Shown here piece by piece: positions 1-9,728 of a DNA stretch of 64,000 bases; the stretch's first letter is position 1; each line of letters opens with the position of its first letter. The notes beneath the pieces were generated by a model that was not told the DNA's origin, searched no databases, and saw nothing but the letters and a program-made list of their open reading frames with translations. This DNA comes from an uncultured Fibrobacterota bacterium (GTDB lineage: Bacteria > Fibrobacterota > OXYB2-FULL-49-7 > CAYNYI01), in the NCBI GenBank assembly GCA_964401455.1, contig CAYNYI010000002.1, positions 783 to 64,782 of the forward strand, given 5' to 3'. Made by a program: the position numbers and the translations under genes.

Positions 1-157
1 CTCCGTGCCTGAACGGCAAAGGCCGCCCGGTCGCTTCCGGCGGTTATATACTGAGGCTGAATGCCCGCTATGAGGACGGCATAGAAGAACCTCTCGGTAC
101 CCATAAGCTGATAGTTCTCCGCCCGGGAGGATGATGTCTGTTTAAATTCCGTTTTCT

Positions 158-196
158 AAAAAAGCCGGGGCCTTTTATGGTCCCGGCTTTTTTATT
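158..196 (+). terminator. Rho-independent terminator ending an upstream gene; probably bidirectional.
   Basis: Stem AGCCGGG (163-169) pairs with CCCGGCT (182-188) around a 12-nt loop. It is followed by TTTTTTATT and preceded by an A-run. Confidence 0.55.
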
Positions 197-204
197 CTTC
201 TGTT

Positions 205-221
205 TTGGTACAGGTTTTGCG
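205..221 (+). promoter_or_regulatory. Candidate sigma54 (RpoN) -24/-12 promoter for the fliO-fliA operon.
   Basis: TTGGTACAGGTTTTGCG matches TGGCAC-N5-TTGC. GG is at 207-208 and GC at 219-220, the exact 10-nt spacing. It lies about 50 nt upstream of the fliO start and just downstream of a terminator. Confidence 0.4.
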
Positions 222-271
222 TGAACTATTTACGGGACTGCTTGCGTAACATTTATCATAACGGGAGATTT

Positions 272-820
272 ATGAAAGGATTATTCGCCTTATCCCTTGT
301 TTTTTTGCTGTTTACGGCTGTTTCAGAAGTGTCGGCAATAGATATGGAGAAGCTCGAACGCGAGCTTGAAAACCCTCCGGCAGAGGAAAATTCTTCCGCG
401 TCAGAGGAAGAAAAGGTCTCTCCCGCGAAAAAGACCGAGGAAGTAAACGCGGTATTTCTGATTCTCAGAATAGCCGTTTATTTGATAATTATTCTTGGCT
501 TAATTTATCTTTCTGTACTACTCCTCAAAAAGACGGTTTTCCGGCCTCTTTCTAAAGGAAGGCAGTCCTCCGGAAACATCGAGGTGCTTGAGGCAAAAGG
601 AATCGGGCCCGGAAAAACCCTGAGCGTAATCCGTGTATTCAATAAGACCGTTGTTCTTGCAATAGGCAGGGAAACCGTTGTTTCCGTAGCCGAACTCGAC
701 AGTTCTGTTGTTGATGACATGATAGGGGAAAGAGAGGAAAAGGTCAGCGGGACATTCTCCTCATTTTCCGAAAGTATTAATCATTTTCTGAATAAAGAAG
801 AGAGCGGGGAGGAAAAATGA
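272..820 (+). CDS. fliO: Flagellar biosynthesis protein FliO-like, small single-pass membrane protein. The ORF track starts at 221, but an internal ATG at 272 has a GGGAG RBS.
   Basis: The N-terminus MKGLFALSLVFLLF is hydrophobic and there is a central TM helix. It sits immediately upstream of, and overlapping, fliP, which is the canonical FliO position. The sequence itself is poorly conserved. Confidence 0.5.
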   Translation: MKGLFALSLVFLLFTAVSEVSAIDMEKLERELENPPAEENSSASEEEKVSPAKKTEEVNAVFLILRIAVYLIIILGLIYLSVLLLKKTVFRPLSKGRQSSGNIEVLEAKGIGPGKTLSVIRVFNKTVVLAIGRETVVSVAELDSSVVDDMIGEREEKVSGTFSSFSESINHFLNKEESGEEK

Positions 821-1563
821 GGACTCCCGTAATATTTACAGCTTTTTTTCTGCTGTTTATTGGAGTCTTTTCCGGCGCCGATGCTCAGATAATTCCGAAA
901 GTTACTATGGGAGTAGAGGAAGCGACTACCCCTGAGGAAGCTGCGGTTACCCTAGAGATCCTTTTCCTTATAACTATTTTGACGCTTGCTCCGTCGATAC
1001 TCATAATGATGACATCGTTTACCCGTATTGTTGTTATTATGCATTTTCTGCGGAGCGCTCTTGGAACGCAGAGCATGCCCCCCAATCAGGTTTTAATTGG
1101 TCTCTCGCTTTTTCTGACGCTTTTTATCATGATGCCGGTTTTTACAGATGTTAACGACAATGCTCTTCAGCCTTATCTGGCCGAGGAGATAGATTATAAG
1201 CAGGGGTTAAAAAACGCGATGGATCCCATCCGGAATTTTATGCTGCGTCAGACGACAGAAAAGGACCTGGCGTTGTTTCTGCGTATGTCGAACTCACCTT
1301 CCCCGTCAACTGTCGATGATCTTCCGAATACGGTTATTATACCTTCTTTTATAATCAGTGAAATGAAGAAGGCTTTTACAATAGGTTTTATTCTCTACCT
1401 GCCCTTTCTTATCATCGACATGGTTGTCGCGAGTATACTAATGTCGATGGGAATGATGATGCTGCCTCCGATAATGATATCGCTTCCGTTCAAGCTGATA
1501 TTATTTGTGTTGGCTGACGGCTGGCATCTGATAGTAAAACAGGTAGTACTCAGTTTTAATTAA
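817..1563 (+). CDS. fliP: Flagellar export apparatus protein FliP.
   Basis: 248 aa with a signal peptide and four TM segments. FliP-typical stretches are present (PSILIMMTSFTRIVVI, LYLPFLIIDMVVASILMSMGMMMLPP). It sits in a fliOPQR context. Confidence 0.95.
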   Translation: MRTPVIFTAFFLLFIGVFSGADAQIIPKVTMGVEEATTPEEAAVTLEILFLITILTLAPSILIMMTSFTRIVVIMHFLRSALGTQSMPPNQVLIGLSLFLTLFIMMPVFTDVNDNALQPYLAEEIDYKQGLKNAMDPIRNFMLRQTTEKDLALFLRMSNSPSPSTVDDLPNTVIIPSFIISEMKKAFTIGFILYLPFLIIDMVVASILMSMGMMMLPPIMISLPFKLILFVLADGWHLIVKQVVLSFN

Positions 1564-1576
1564 ATAAGGAGGCTGT

Positions 1577-1846
1577 ATGAATCCCGCAATGGTAATAGGC
1601 CTGGGTCAGGAAGCCCTCAAACTAACCATGTTTCTTTCCGGTCCAATGCTGATATCAGGATTGCTAATCGGTCTTATTGTGGGGATATTCCAGGCAGTAA
1701 CTCAGATACACGAGATGACTCTGACATTTGTGCCTAAAATACTCATAGTCGGTTTCTCGATGCTTCTCGCGCTTCCCTGGATGATAAACAAAGCTCTGGA
1801 TTTTTTTATCCGGCTTTTCGAGATGATCCCGATGGTCGTTAAATAA
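1577..1846 (+). CDS. fliQ: Flagellar export apparatus protein FliQ.
   Basis: 89 aa with two TM helices, located between fliP and fliR. An AGGAGG RBS is present. Confidence 0.9.
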   Translation: MNPAMVIGLGQEALKLTMFLSGPMLISGLLIGLIVGIFQAVTQIHEMTLTFVPKILIVGFSMLLALPWMINKALDFFIRLFEMIPMVVK

Positions 1847-1858
1847 GGCTGGGTTGTA

Positions 1859-2644
1859 ATGGTCAATATCGCAGATCTTACAGTTGACCAGATAACCCTT
1901 TTCTTTCTATGTTTCATAAGGGTTGTAAGCATTATTGTTATGATGCCCGTTATCGGAAGCGGCAATATACCCATGCGTGTAAAATCCGCCCTGTCTTTTT
2001 TTATCGCGATCGCTCTTTTCCCGACCTTTCCGGAGTACACCGCCGAGCTTCCGTCAGCGGTTTTTCCTTTTGCGGTGATAGCTGTAAAAGAAGTCCTGGT
2101 AGGGATTGTTCTCGGTTTCGGAGCGAATATGATATTTGTAAGTCTTCAGTTTGCCGGCAGACTCGTTGATCAGCAGATGGCTTTTGCCATGGTTGAAGTT
2201 ATAGATCCCTCTACAGACGTAAGCGTTACAGTTATGGGACAGTTCAAGATGATTATATTCACTTTGATTTTTCTGATGATTTACGGCCATCATTTTTTAC
2301 TTACCGCGCTTGCAGATTCTTTTCGGATGATTCCGCTGACTGAGGTTTCAATAGATTCCGGCCGTCTGAGTCAGCAGATCATATTTATGATAAGAGATGT
2401 TTTTATCCTTGCGGTCAAATTCGCGGCCCCTATAATGGTTACTCTTCTTATGACGACAATAAGTCTCGGTATTATCGCCAGAACCGTTCCTCAGATGAAT
2501 GTCTTCATAGTAGGGCTGCCGCTTAAGATCGGGATTGGACTTTTCACAGCGTTTGTTTCCCTTCCACTTTTATATATAGTGTTTCAGAAAATGTTTCTCA
2601 GACTCCAGGAAGACATCTACATTTTGATGGATTGCCTGGGCTGA
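1859..2644 (+). CDS. fliR: Flagellar export apparatus protein FliR.
   Basis: 261 aa polytopic membrane protein in the canonical position after fliQ. Confidence 0.9.
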   Translation: MVNIADLTVDQITLFFLCFIRVVSIIVMMPVIGSGNIPMRVKSALSFFIAIALFPTFPEYTAELPSAVFPFAVIAVKEVLVGIVLGFGANMIFVSLQFAGRLVDQQMAFAMVEVIDPSTDVSVTVMGQFKMIIFTLIFLMIYGHHFLLTALADSFRMIPLTEVSIDSGRLSQQIIFMIRDVFILAVKFAAPIMVTLLMTTISLGIIARTVPQMNVFIVGLPLKIGIGLFTAFVSLPLLYIVFQKMFLRLQEDIYILMDCLG

Positions 2645-2663
2645 AAATTAAAGGAAGGTTATT

Positions 2664-3725
2664 TTGCCTGATAACAGCGAAAAAACAGAAGAGCCTACCC
2701 CGAAACGAAAACGGGAGTTAAGAGAAAAGGGTCAGGTTGCAAAAAGTACCGAAATAAGTTCTGTACTTGTTCTGATAGTGGGCCTGATGGTTCTCCGAAT
2801 TGCCGGGCCGTGGTTTTTCAGGAATGTTTCTGAAATGATGGTGGTTATTTTTGAACATCTGAATAAGATAGAGGTTAATCAGAACAATGTGGTCACCTAT
2901 ACCAAGACCGGTCTTTTCTATATGTTCAAGGTTACGGCCCCCGTCATTTTCTCGATTTTAGTTATTGCCGTTACCGCTAATATACTGCATATAGGCCCCC
3001 TTCTCGCTTTAAAAGCGATTGAACCGAAGTTTTCGAAGATTAATCCTGTCAAAGGTTTCACGAATCTTTTTTCGATGAAATCCATGTTTAATCTTTTAAA
3101 AAACATCCTTAAGCTCGTGATAGTCGCAGCCATAGCCTATGTCATCCTGAAAAATGAAATAGAAGAGATTCTGATTCTCGGAGATGCCGGAGTTGGAGGA
3201 ATATTTAAAGTGATGGTTAGCATTGGTTTTAAGATTGGCATGTATATTGCAATAGCATTATTGATACTGGCGGTATTTGATCTTTTGTATCAGCGTTACA
3301 GTCATGATCAACAGCAGAAGATGACCGTTCAGGAAGTCAAGGAAGAAAGAAAACAATCAGAGGGAGATCCGCAGTTGAAAGCCAGGATTAGACAGCTTCA
3401 GACAGAGATGGCAAAGAGAAGAATGATGCAGGAAGTCCCTGAAGCTACAGTAGTTGTGACAAACCCCACTTTTATAGCCATCGCCATAAAGTATGAGATG
3501 GAAACAATGGAAACCCCGGTTATAGTTGCAAAAGGGAAAAGAGCGGTGGCCGAGAAAATCAGAGAAACGGCAAAAGAGCATGATATCCCTATTGTTGAGG
3601 ATAAGCCTCTGGCAAGAGGTCTTTATGATGTTGTAGAGCCCGGGGATGAAATTCCGCAGGAGTTTTTTGCGTCTGTGGCGGAAATTCTTGCCTATATTTA
3701 CAAACTGAATAACAGGGCGGCATAA
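2664..3725 (+). CDS. flhB: Flagellar export switch protein FlhB.
   Basis: 353 aa with N-terminal TM helices and a C-terminal cytoplasmic domain. The autocleavage-loop motif is present as NPTF (codons 3462-3473) rather than the canonical NPTH. Confidence 0.95.
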   Translation: MPDNSEKTEEPTPKRKRELREKGQVAKSTEISSVLVLIVGLMVLRIAGPWFFRNVSEMMVVIFEHLNKIEVNQNNVVTYTKTGLFYMFKVTAPVIFSILVIAVTANILHIGPLLALKAIEPKFSKINPVKGFTNLFSMKSMFNLLKNILKLVIVAAIAYVILKNEIEEILILGDAGVGGIFKVMVSIGFKIGMYIAIALLILAVFDLLYQRYSHDQQQKMTVQEVKEERKQSEGDPQLKARIRQLQTEMAKRRMMQEVPEATVVVTNPTFIAIAIKYEMETMETPVIVAKGKRAVAEKIRETAKEHDIPIVEDKPLARGLYDVVEPGDEIPQEFFASVAEILAYIYKLNNRAA

Positions 3726-3729
3726 GATT

Positions 3730-5436
3730 ATGAAGGGTAAATCTTTATATCTTTTGTTGGTTTTTGCGGCGTCGCTGATGTCTCTTTTTTTAACATGCGC
3801 GGAGAACCCCGCAAATTCGGATGAAGAAGAAAACTCCGAGGACTCGGCTTATATAACAGTCCGCGCTCTTTCCGGAGACAACTATTTCGGAGACACGGCT
3901 GTTTTTACTGCGGCATTTCAGGAGGCCGTGAATCCGGGCAATATCCACTGGGACTTCTCCGACAGTGCCGTAAGCATAAGAAGAAACAATAATTCATCAA
4001 GAACAGTTGATACGAACTATATAGTATGGTCCGGCGCTCCCAATTCTGTTGACGGCGAGACCGTTGATACACTCAGGGTATATGCCGGTTCTAATGTATC
4101 GGATCCTTTTATCGTAAAAATTCATAACCTTGCTCCTGTACTTGACAGCATACTAATAGGCACAGGAGGAATGGGAGGGTGGCTCAGAGCCATAGCACCC
4201 GACGGTAATATGCGCTGCGTGCTTCCGGTCAAACCCGGTATAAGCTATAGGGTAAGGTTCTTTTCGTCGGATGATGATGGAAATAAGGTCACCTATGAAA
4301 CCGATTCTTCGGAAGTTTTCGGCAATGAGATAGACAAGGACAGTTCTGAGTTTTCATGGAAGTCTGCAGCGTATGAGGCCTCAGATTATGACGCTAACAT
4401 AGATTCGTTAACCTTGAGCGTGTCCAACAGCGGTCAGGGCGTGAGGAATTATACTCTTGTTTTTATTAATCACATAGAGCAGGGAACGGTATGGTTTCCC
4501 AGCTATCAGCAGAGTTCCGGGGAGCTGATAAAACTCTCGCTTTTCGGGGATGAGCTTCTTCGGATCGGAGAGTTCTCAACGATTAAGGATATTGTAGTTG
4601 ACCCCGGAGAAAATAAGAGCACAAGCGTCTGGATAATAGAAAGAGCGGATTCAAGCCGTATTTATGAGATAAATGCCGACGGAGTAATAACCGATACGCT
4701 CAGCGGATTTTCCAAGCCCAGGAAGCTTTCATTGTATGTTAATGACGCTCTGCTTTATATCGCCGACGATTCTTCAAACTCCGTTGATATTTACAAAAAA
4801 GAAGAAGGTAAACAGCCCGCGAAAATGCTGTCGTCTATTTCCAGATTTAACGATATGGATGTCGATCAGCTCAGCGGGGATTTATGGGTAGCCACAGATA
4901 CTGTTTTATTCCGGGTAAGAGACGGTGTTGTCGTCGATACAATCGGGGATGATTCCACGGAGGCGGCTTTCGGACTTGCCAAACAGATTGCCGTAACCTA
5001 TAAAAGCGGCTGTATCTGGGTACTCGATACCAGAAACAGCGCTCTTAAAAAAATAGATATTGACGGAAATGAACTTTCGGTAGTATCCGGATTCAGGGGA
5101 CCGGAGAAAATTTCCGCTAACTGGAATGATACTTCCTGCTGGGTGGCCGATACGGAGGGAGACCGTGTTGTCCGCATCGGAGCGGGAATCGGTAGTGCGG
5201 TTACAGTTTCCTCATCGGCTTCAGGGATAATGATTGCGGGCGGTTATTCACAGCCTTATGATGTGGATGCCGATCCCCTCAGCCCTCTCGGACCGGTATG
5301 CTGGGTTTTGAATACCCAGGTCGGGAAGGTTGTGGCGGTTGATACTTCCGGAACGGAAGTCGTGTCCCATTCTATGTTAAATATGGATGGATCCGAGCTT
5401 CCGAAGCTAATAGCTGTAAATCCGGGACACAGGTAA
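3730..5436 (+). CDS. Lipoprotein with a C-terminal six-bladed beta-propeller-like repeat region, function unknown, embedded between flhB and flhA.
   Basis: Signal peptide plus lipobox (LFLTC). The C-terminal half has about six repeats spaced 45-50 aa apart with a recurring [IVL]W[VI]x[DE]T...G motif (IWIIERAD, LWVATDT, IWVLDTRN, CWVADTEG, CWVLNTQ). Start and stop are tightly packed between flhB and flhA. Confidence 0.8.
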   Translation: MKGKSLYLLLVFAASLMSLFLTCAENPANSDEEENSEDSAYITVRALSGDNYFGDTAVFTAAFQEAVNPGNIHWDFSDSAVSIRRNNNSSRTVDTNYIVWSGAPNSVDGETVDTLRVYAGSNVSDPFIVKIHNLAPVLDSILIGTGGMGGWLRAIAPDGNMRCVLPVKPGISYRVRFFSSDDDGNKVTYETDSSEVFGNEIDKDSSEFSWKSAAYEASDYDANIDSLTLSVSNSGQGVRNYTLVFINHIEQGTVWFPSYQQSSGELIKLSLFGDELLRIGEFSTIKDIVVDPGENKSTSVWIIERADSSRIYEINADGVITDTLSGFSKPRKLSLYVNDALLYIADDSSNSVDIYKKEEGKQPAKMLSSISRFNDMDVDQLSGDLWVATDTVLFRVRDGVVVDTIGDDSTEAAFGLAKQIAVTYKSGCIWVLDTRNSALKKIDIDGNELSVVSGFRGPEKISANWNDTSCWVADTEGDRVVRIGAGIGSAVTVSSSASGIMIAGGYSQPYDVDADPLSPLGPVCWVLNTQVGKVVAVDTSGTEVVSHSMLNMDGSELPKLIAVNPGHR

Positions 5437-5473
5437 AAACGGGCCCTGCGAGGGGCCAAAAAAGAGAGAATCA

Positions 5474-7555
5474 ATGAACGGAATAGCACTAAAAGGCCGC
5501 CGCGGTCTCAACGCCATTTTCGAGCACCGTGATCTGCTTATAGCTTTCGGAGTTATAGGTATGGTCATCGTTATGATTATTCCGCTTCCGACTTTTCTGC
5601 TTGATGTTTTTCTCGCGCTGAATATATCCGTTGCTCTTGTAATACTGCTGGTTTCCATGTATGCCGGAAAGGCTCTTGATTTTTCGGTATTTCCCGGTCT
5701 TCTTCTTGTGATAACGCTTTTCAGACTTTCTCTTAATGTCGCTTCAACAAGACTCATTCTTGCCGAAGCTGACGCGGGTGCCGTTATTGACGCTTTCGGA
5801 ACTTTTGTTACAAAAGGCAATATAATCGTAGGTTTCATAATTTTCATTGTGCTTATAGTTATTCAGTTTGTAGTTATCACCAAGGGAGCGACAAGGATAG
5901 CCGAAGTCGCGGCCAGATTTACTCTGGACGCTATGCCGGGAAAACAGATGGCCATAGACGCTGATCTTAATGCCGGAATTATAACCGAGCTTGAGGCCAA
6001 GGACAGGCGGGACGAAATAAGACGGGAAGCTGATTTTTACGGAGCCATGGACGGAGCGTCTAAATTTGTTCGCGGTGACGCGATTGCCGGAATTATAATT
6101 ACGATAATAAATATAATAGGTGGTTTTATAATCGGAATGGCAAGGCTTCAGATGTCCTTCGGTGAGGCCGCTTCAACTTATACTCAGCTTACAATTGGCG
6201 ACGGACTGGTAACACAGATGCCCGCTCTTATAATTTCCACTGCCGTAGGTATAATTGTCAGCCGTGCCGCCTCAAAGGCGAACCTCGGGCATGAAATAAG
6301 CAGGCAGCTTACTCAGAGTCCAAAGGCTATTTTTATCTCATCAGGTGTAATGGCCCTTTTTGCCGTTGTTCCGGGAATGCCGTCTCTGGCGTTTGCGCTT
6401 CTTTCCGTTATTGCTTTCAGCGCGGGAATAGCTATACAGAAAGGAGTGTTTACGGCTCCTGAAGAAGAGGCCGAATCCGAAGCTGATCAGGCTGTTCCCG
6501 AGGAAGAAGAAAAACCAGAGGATTTTCTTCATGTAGATCAGCTTGAACTCGAAATCGGTTATGGACTTATTCCGCTTGTTGATAAATCTCAGGGAGGAGA
6601 CCTGCTTGAGAGAATCAGTATGATAAGAAAACAGCTTGCCATGGATCTGGGTCTCATTCTTCCTCCTGTCAGGATAAGGGATAATATTCAGCTTAAGCCC
6701 AATGAGTATATAATCAAGATCAAAGGTGTCGAGATGAGCGGAGGCGAGCTTATGAGCGGCTCTTATCTCGCAATGGATCCGGGTAATGTTACAAGGAAAA
6801 TAAAAGGCATACCCACTACTGAACCTGCTTTCGGCCTTCCCGCGATCTGGATTACCGAATCCCAGAAAGAAGCGGCGGAACTTTCAGGCTATACAGTCGT
6901 GGAGCTTTCGGCGGTCGCGGCAACCCATCTCACAGAGGTGGTAAAGAAAAATGCGCACGAAATACTCACAAGAGAAGACGTGCAGCGTCTTATAGACAAT
7001 GTAAAGGAAACTAATAAAACGGTTATAGAGGAAATAAATAAAGCCGAAGTACCGGTCGCGGAAATACAGAAAATACTTCAGAATCTTCTGAGTGAGCAGG
7101 TGTCTATAAGAGACCTGGTAACTATACTTGAGATAATAAGCGACAATGCTTCGCATACAAAAAATACCGATGTGCTAACAGAGTATGTAAGATCCGGTCT
7201 CGCAAGAAGAATATGTGACGAACTCAAGGATGATGATAATGTAATATCCGTAATAACGCTTGATCCTCATCTGGAACAGCAGATGGAAACCTCGCTTCAG
7301 CAAACGGAACGCGGTTATCAGATGGTTCTTGAGCCTTCCGCGGTCAGGAAGATACAGGAAAGTGTTACTGAAAATCTTGAGGAAATGGCGGCGGCTAATG
7401 AAAAACCGGTATTAATTTGTTCTCCCCTGATAAGGGCACAGGTCAGACGTATGCTTGCTCCGTCTTTTCCGGAACTCACGGTAGTTTCATATAATGAGAT
7501 AACAAGAGGTATCAACATAAAATCAAGAGGGATGGTGAGTTTAAATGAAAATTAA
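5474..7555 (+). CDS. flhA: Flagellar export gate protein FlhA.
   Basis: 693 aa with eight N-terminal TM helices and a large cytoplasmic domain. FlhA-typical segments are present (FPGLLLVITLFRLSLNVASTRLIL, GDGLVTQMPALIISTA). Confidence 0.95.
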   Translation: MNGIALKGRRGLNAIFEHRDLLIAFGVIGMVIVMIIPLPTFLLDVFLALNISVALVILLVSMYAGKALDFSVFPGLLLVITLFRLSLNVASTRLILAEADAGAVIDAFGTFVTKGNIIVGFIIFIVLIVIQFVVITKGATRIAEVAARFTLDAMPGKQMAIDADLNAGIITELEAKDRRDEIRREADFYGAMDGASKFVRGDAIAGIIITIINIIGGFIIGMARLQMSFGEAASTYTQLTIGDGLVTQMPALIISTAVGIIVSRAASKANLGHEISRQLTQSPKAIFISSGVMALFAVVPGMPSLAFALLSVIAFSAGIAIQKGVFTAPEEEAESEADQAVPEEEEKPEDFLHVDQLELEIGYGLIPLVDKSQGGDLLERISMIRKQLAMDLGLILPPVRIRDNIQLKPNEYIIKIKGVEMSGGELMSGSYLAMDPGNVTRKIKGIPTTEPAFGLPAIWITESQKEAAELSGYTVVELSAVAATHLTEVVKKNAHEILTREDVQRLIDNVKETNKTVIEEINKAEVPVAEIQKILQNLLSEQVSIRDLVTILEIISDNASHTKNTDVLTEYVRSGLARRICDELKDDDNVISVITLDPHLEQQMETSLQQTERGYQMVLEPSAVRKIQESVTENLEEMAAANEKPVLICSPLIRAQVRRMLAPSFPELTVVSYNEITRGINIKSRGMVSLNEN

Positions 7556-8822
7556 AAAATTCTGCGCTAAGACCGCCAGCGAGGCTCTCTTTATGGTTAA
7601 AGAAGAATTCGGTCCCGATGCCGTTATTCTTAAAACAGAACAGAAAAAGACAGGCGGCTTATCTTTGGGTAATTCTAAGAGAGTCGAAGTAACAGCTGCC
7701 ATTGATGAGTCAAATTTTCATAAACCGGTCTACGAACCCGCGCGCGCCGTTGCCGCGGCGAAAAGCCCTTTGTCATCATACGGCCGGAATGCGGCGTCCG
7801 CCGCGCCTCCTGTACCGGAGCAGACGGCTGAAGAGTTTGTAAAATATGATTTCAGGAATAATTGTGAAAATATATCAAAGGAAACCGGAGAAGCCGCTGA
7901 ATCCGCCGTGTCTTCGTCTGTTCCTTATGCTATAAACGATAAACAGCTTACAAGCGATATCCGGGAAATGAAAGAAGCCGTTAAGGTCCTGATGGACCGC
8001 GCAAAATACGGCCGTATGCCTTCTATGCCGCGCGCTCTCAGCGAAGTCTATTTAAGGCTTCTCGGGGAAGAAGTGGATGAAACATTCGTAAAGAATCTGA
8101 CACATTCTCTTTACGCCAAGTATGGGCCGGACAATCTTTCTGACAAAAATTTTCTTTTTGAGAAGGCCGCCGCCAAAATAGAAGAAAGCATCAAGACCGC
8201 GTCAACTTTGAAAGCCCGAAGCGGAAGCCCTTCAGTGATAGCTATGATCGGACCTACCGGAGTAGGTAAGACGACCACAATAGCCAAACTTGCGGCTGAG
8301 TGCAAATTCGGCAGAGATATGAAAGTTGCTCTTATATCGGCTGATAATTACAGGATCGCCGCCGCCGAACAGCTTTCTATGTATGGTGAGATTACCGGTC
8401 TTGAAACAACCGTGGTCTTTTCTCCGTCTGAGATTAAAACCGCACTTCGGAAATACTCATCGCACGATATTGTTTTTATTGATACTGCAGGCAGGTCTCA
8501 GAGAAACGCGGGAAGAATGTTTGAACTTTCTGAAACAATAGAAGCCGCCTGTCCGGATGAGGTGCATCTTGTGCTTAGCGCCACTACCAAAGAATCTGAT
8601 TTGCGAAGGATCATCGATATTTACACTGATTTGAGAATTACTTCTCTTCTATTTGCAAAGACAGATGAGACCTATTGTCTCGGGCCTGTTTTTAATGTGA
8701 GCAGAGACAGCGGAATTCCGCTTTCTTTTCTCGGGACGGGTCAGAATGTTCCTGATGATATTAAAAAAGCGGATGCTTCGGAAATTGCCGGAGAGATTAC
8801 CGGAAAGGGTAAGTTATGGTAG
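7545..8822 (+). CDS. flhF: Flagellar SRP-type GTPase FlhF.
   Basis: N-terminus MKIKKF...DAVIL followed by a basic B-domain. The NG domain carries GPTGVGKTTT (G1) and DTAGR (G3). Confidence 0.9.
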   Translation: MKIKKFCAKTASEALFMVKEEFGPDAVILKTEQKKTGGLSLGNSKRVEVTAAIDESNFHKPVYEPARAVAAAKSPLSSYGRNAASAAPPVPEQTAEEFVKYDFRNNCENISKETGEAAESAVSSSVPYAINDKQLTSDIREMKEAVKVLMDRAKYGRMPSMPRALSEVYLRLLGEEVDETFVKNLTHSLYAKYGPDNLSDKNFLFEKAAAKIEESIKTASTLKARSGSPSVIAMIGPTGVGKTTTIAKLAAECKFGRDMKVALISADNYRIAAAEQLSMYGEITGLETTVVFSPSEIKTALRKYSSHDIVFIDTAGRSQRNAGRMFELSETIEAACPDEVHLVLSATTKESDLRRIIDIYTDLRITSLLFAKTDETYCLGPVFNVSRDSGIPLSFLGTGQNVPDDIKKADASEIAGEITGKGKLW

Positions 8823-9703
8823 AAGACCAGGCGGTAAAACTCAGAAAACTAGCGGCCTCGGCATCTCCTGACAAGGATTTGTCTATTTGCGGCGATGAAG
8901 AATTCTCAGCCCGGGTAAAGACTATCGCAGTAACCGGAGGCAAGGGAGGAGTAGGCAAAAGCACCGTCAGCCTCAGCCTTGCGATGTCAATAGCGGAGCG
9001 TGGTAAAAAGGTCTGCCTTTTCGACGCTGATTTCGGGCTTGCAAATATAGACATTATGCTCGGAATATCAGCGAGGCGCACATTAATGGATGTTATAAAT
9101 TCGGAAGCCGATTTATCAGAGATAATACTAAGAGGCCCCGGCGGTATTGATATTGTTCCGGGCGCATCCGGAATAGAGGAGATGGCCAATATCGGGCTAA
9201 GCAGATTGAGCTGGATTATAGGCGGGATGCAAAAACTCGAGAAAGAATATGATTACATTATATTTGATACAGCCGCGGGTATATCCAGGACGGTGTCCAC
9301 ATTTGTAAGAAACTGTCATATGAATGTAGTCGTTATGACTCCGGATCCGGCTTCTCTTGCTGACGCATACGCGGTTTTAAAGCTGCATGGCAGCCGTAAG
9401 GCGCCTATTGGAGTACTTGTTAATCAGGCCGGTAGCTCCGGAGACGGCGAGGCTTCTTTTGAGAGATTGAATATGATAAACCGGAAGTTTCTCCGGAAGA
9501 AGCTTGAGTATCTGGGTGCTCTTAAAAACGAGAAGGCGGTACCCTGTTCTGTAAGAAGTCAAAAGGCTGTCTTAAAAGCTTATCCGAAAAGCTCCTTTTC
9601 CGCAGGAATTAGAACTCTGGCCAGAAGAATTGCCGGTACGGGCGCAGTGGAAAACACAGAAGGCGGTTTTTTTAAAAAACTTTCAAATTCTTTTTTGAAA
9701 TAG
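8816..9703 (+). CDS. flhG: Flagellar number regulator FlhG/FleN (MinD-like ATPase).
   Basis: Deviant Walker A GGKGGVGKST. The N-terminal DQAVKLR matches the FlhG activator-helix motif DQAxxLR. It follows flhF. Confidence 0.85.
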   Translation: MVEDQAVKLRKLAASASPDKDLSICGDEEFSARVKTIAVTGGKGGVGKSTVSLSLAMSIAERGKKVCLFDADFGLANIDIMLGISARRTLMDVINSEADLSEIILRGPGGIDIVPGASGIEEMANIGLSRLSWIIGGMQKLEKEYDYIIFDTAAGISRTVSTFVRNCHMNVVVMTPDPASLADAYAVLKLHGSRKAPIGVLVNQAGSSGDGEASFERLNMINRKFLRKKLEYLGALKNEKAVPCSVRSQKAVLKAYPKSSFSAGIRTLARRIAGTGAVENTEGGFFKKLSNSFLK

Positions 9704-9728
9704 ATTTTTGTTTAAAAGAGATGCAGTT

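Noticed and set aside
1-150. Possible 3' end of an upstream plus-strand gene before the terminator.
   Set aside because: It is too short and truncated to identify. No ORF above 60 aa or motif is visible, so no call was made.
221-271. The longer fliO start at 221 given by the ORF track.
   Set aside because: The ATG at 272 has a GGGAG RBS and begins a signal-like hydrophobic N-terminus. The 221 start has no RBS and would place the candidate sigma54 -12 element inside the CDS.
505-720. Numerous 60-170 aa antisense or alternate-frame ORFs inside well-supported genes (for example 505-720, 885-1085, 1702-2040, 8797-9189, 15046-15712, 56555-57148).
   Set aside because: They lie fully inside, and opposite or out of frame to, genes with strong motif support. 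They have low-complexity or odd composition and no RBS, so they are treated as spurious.
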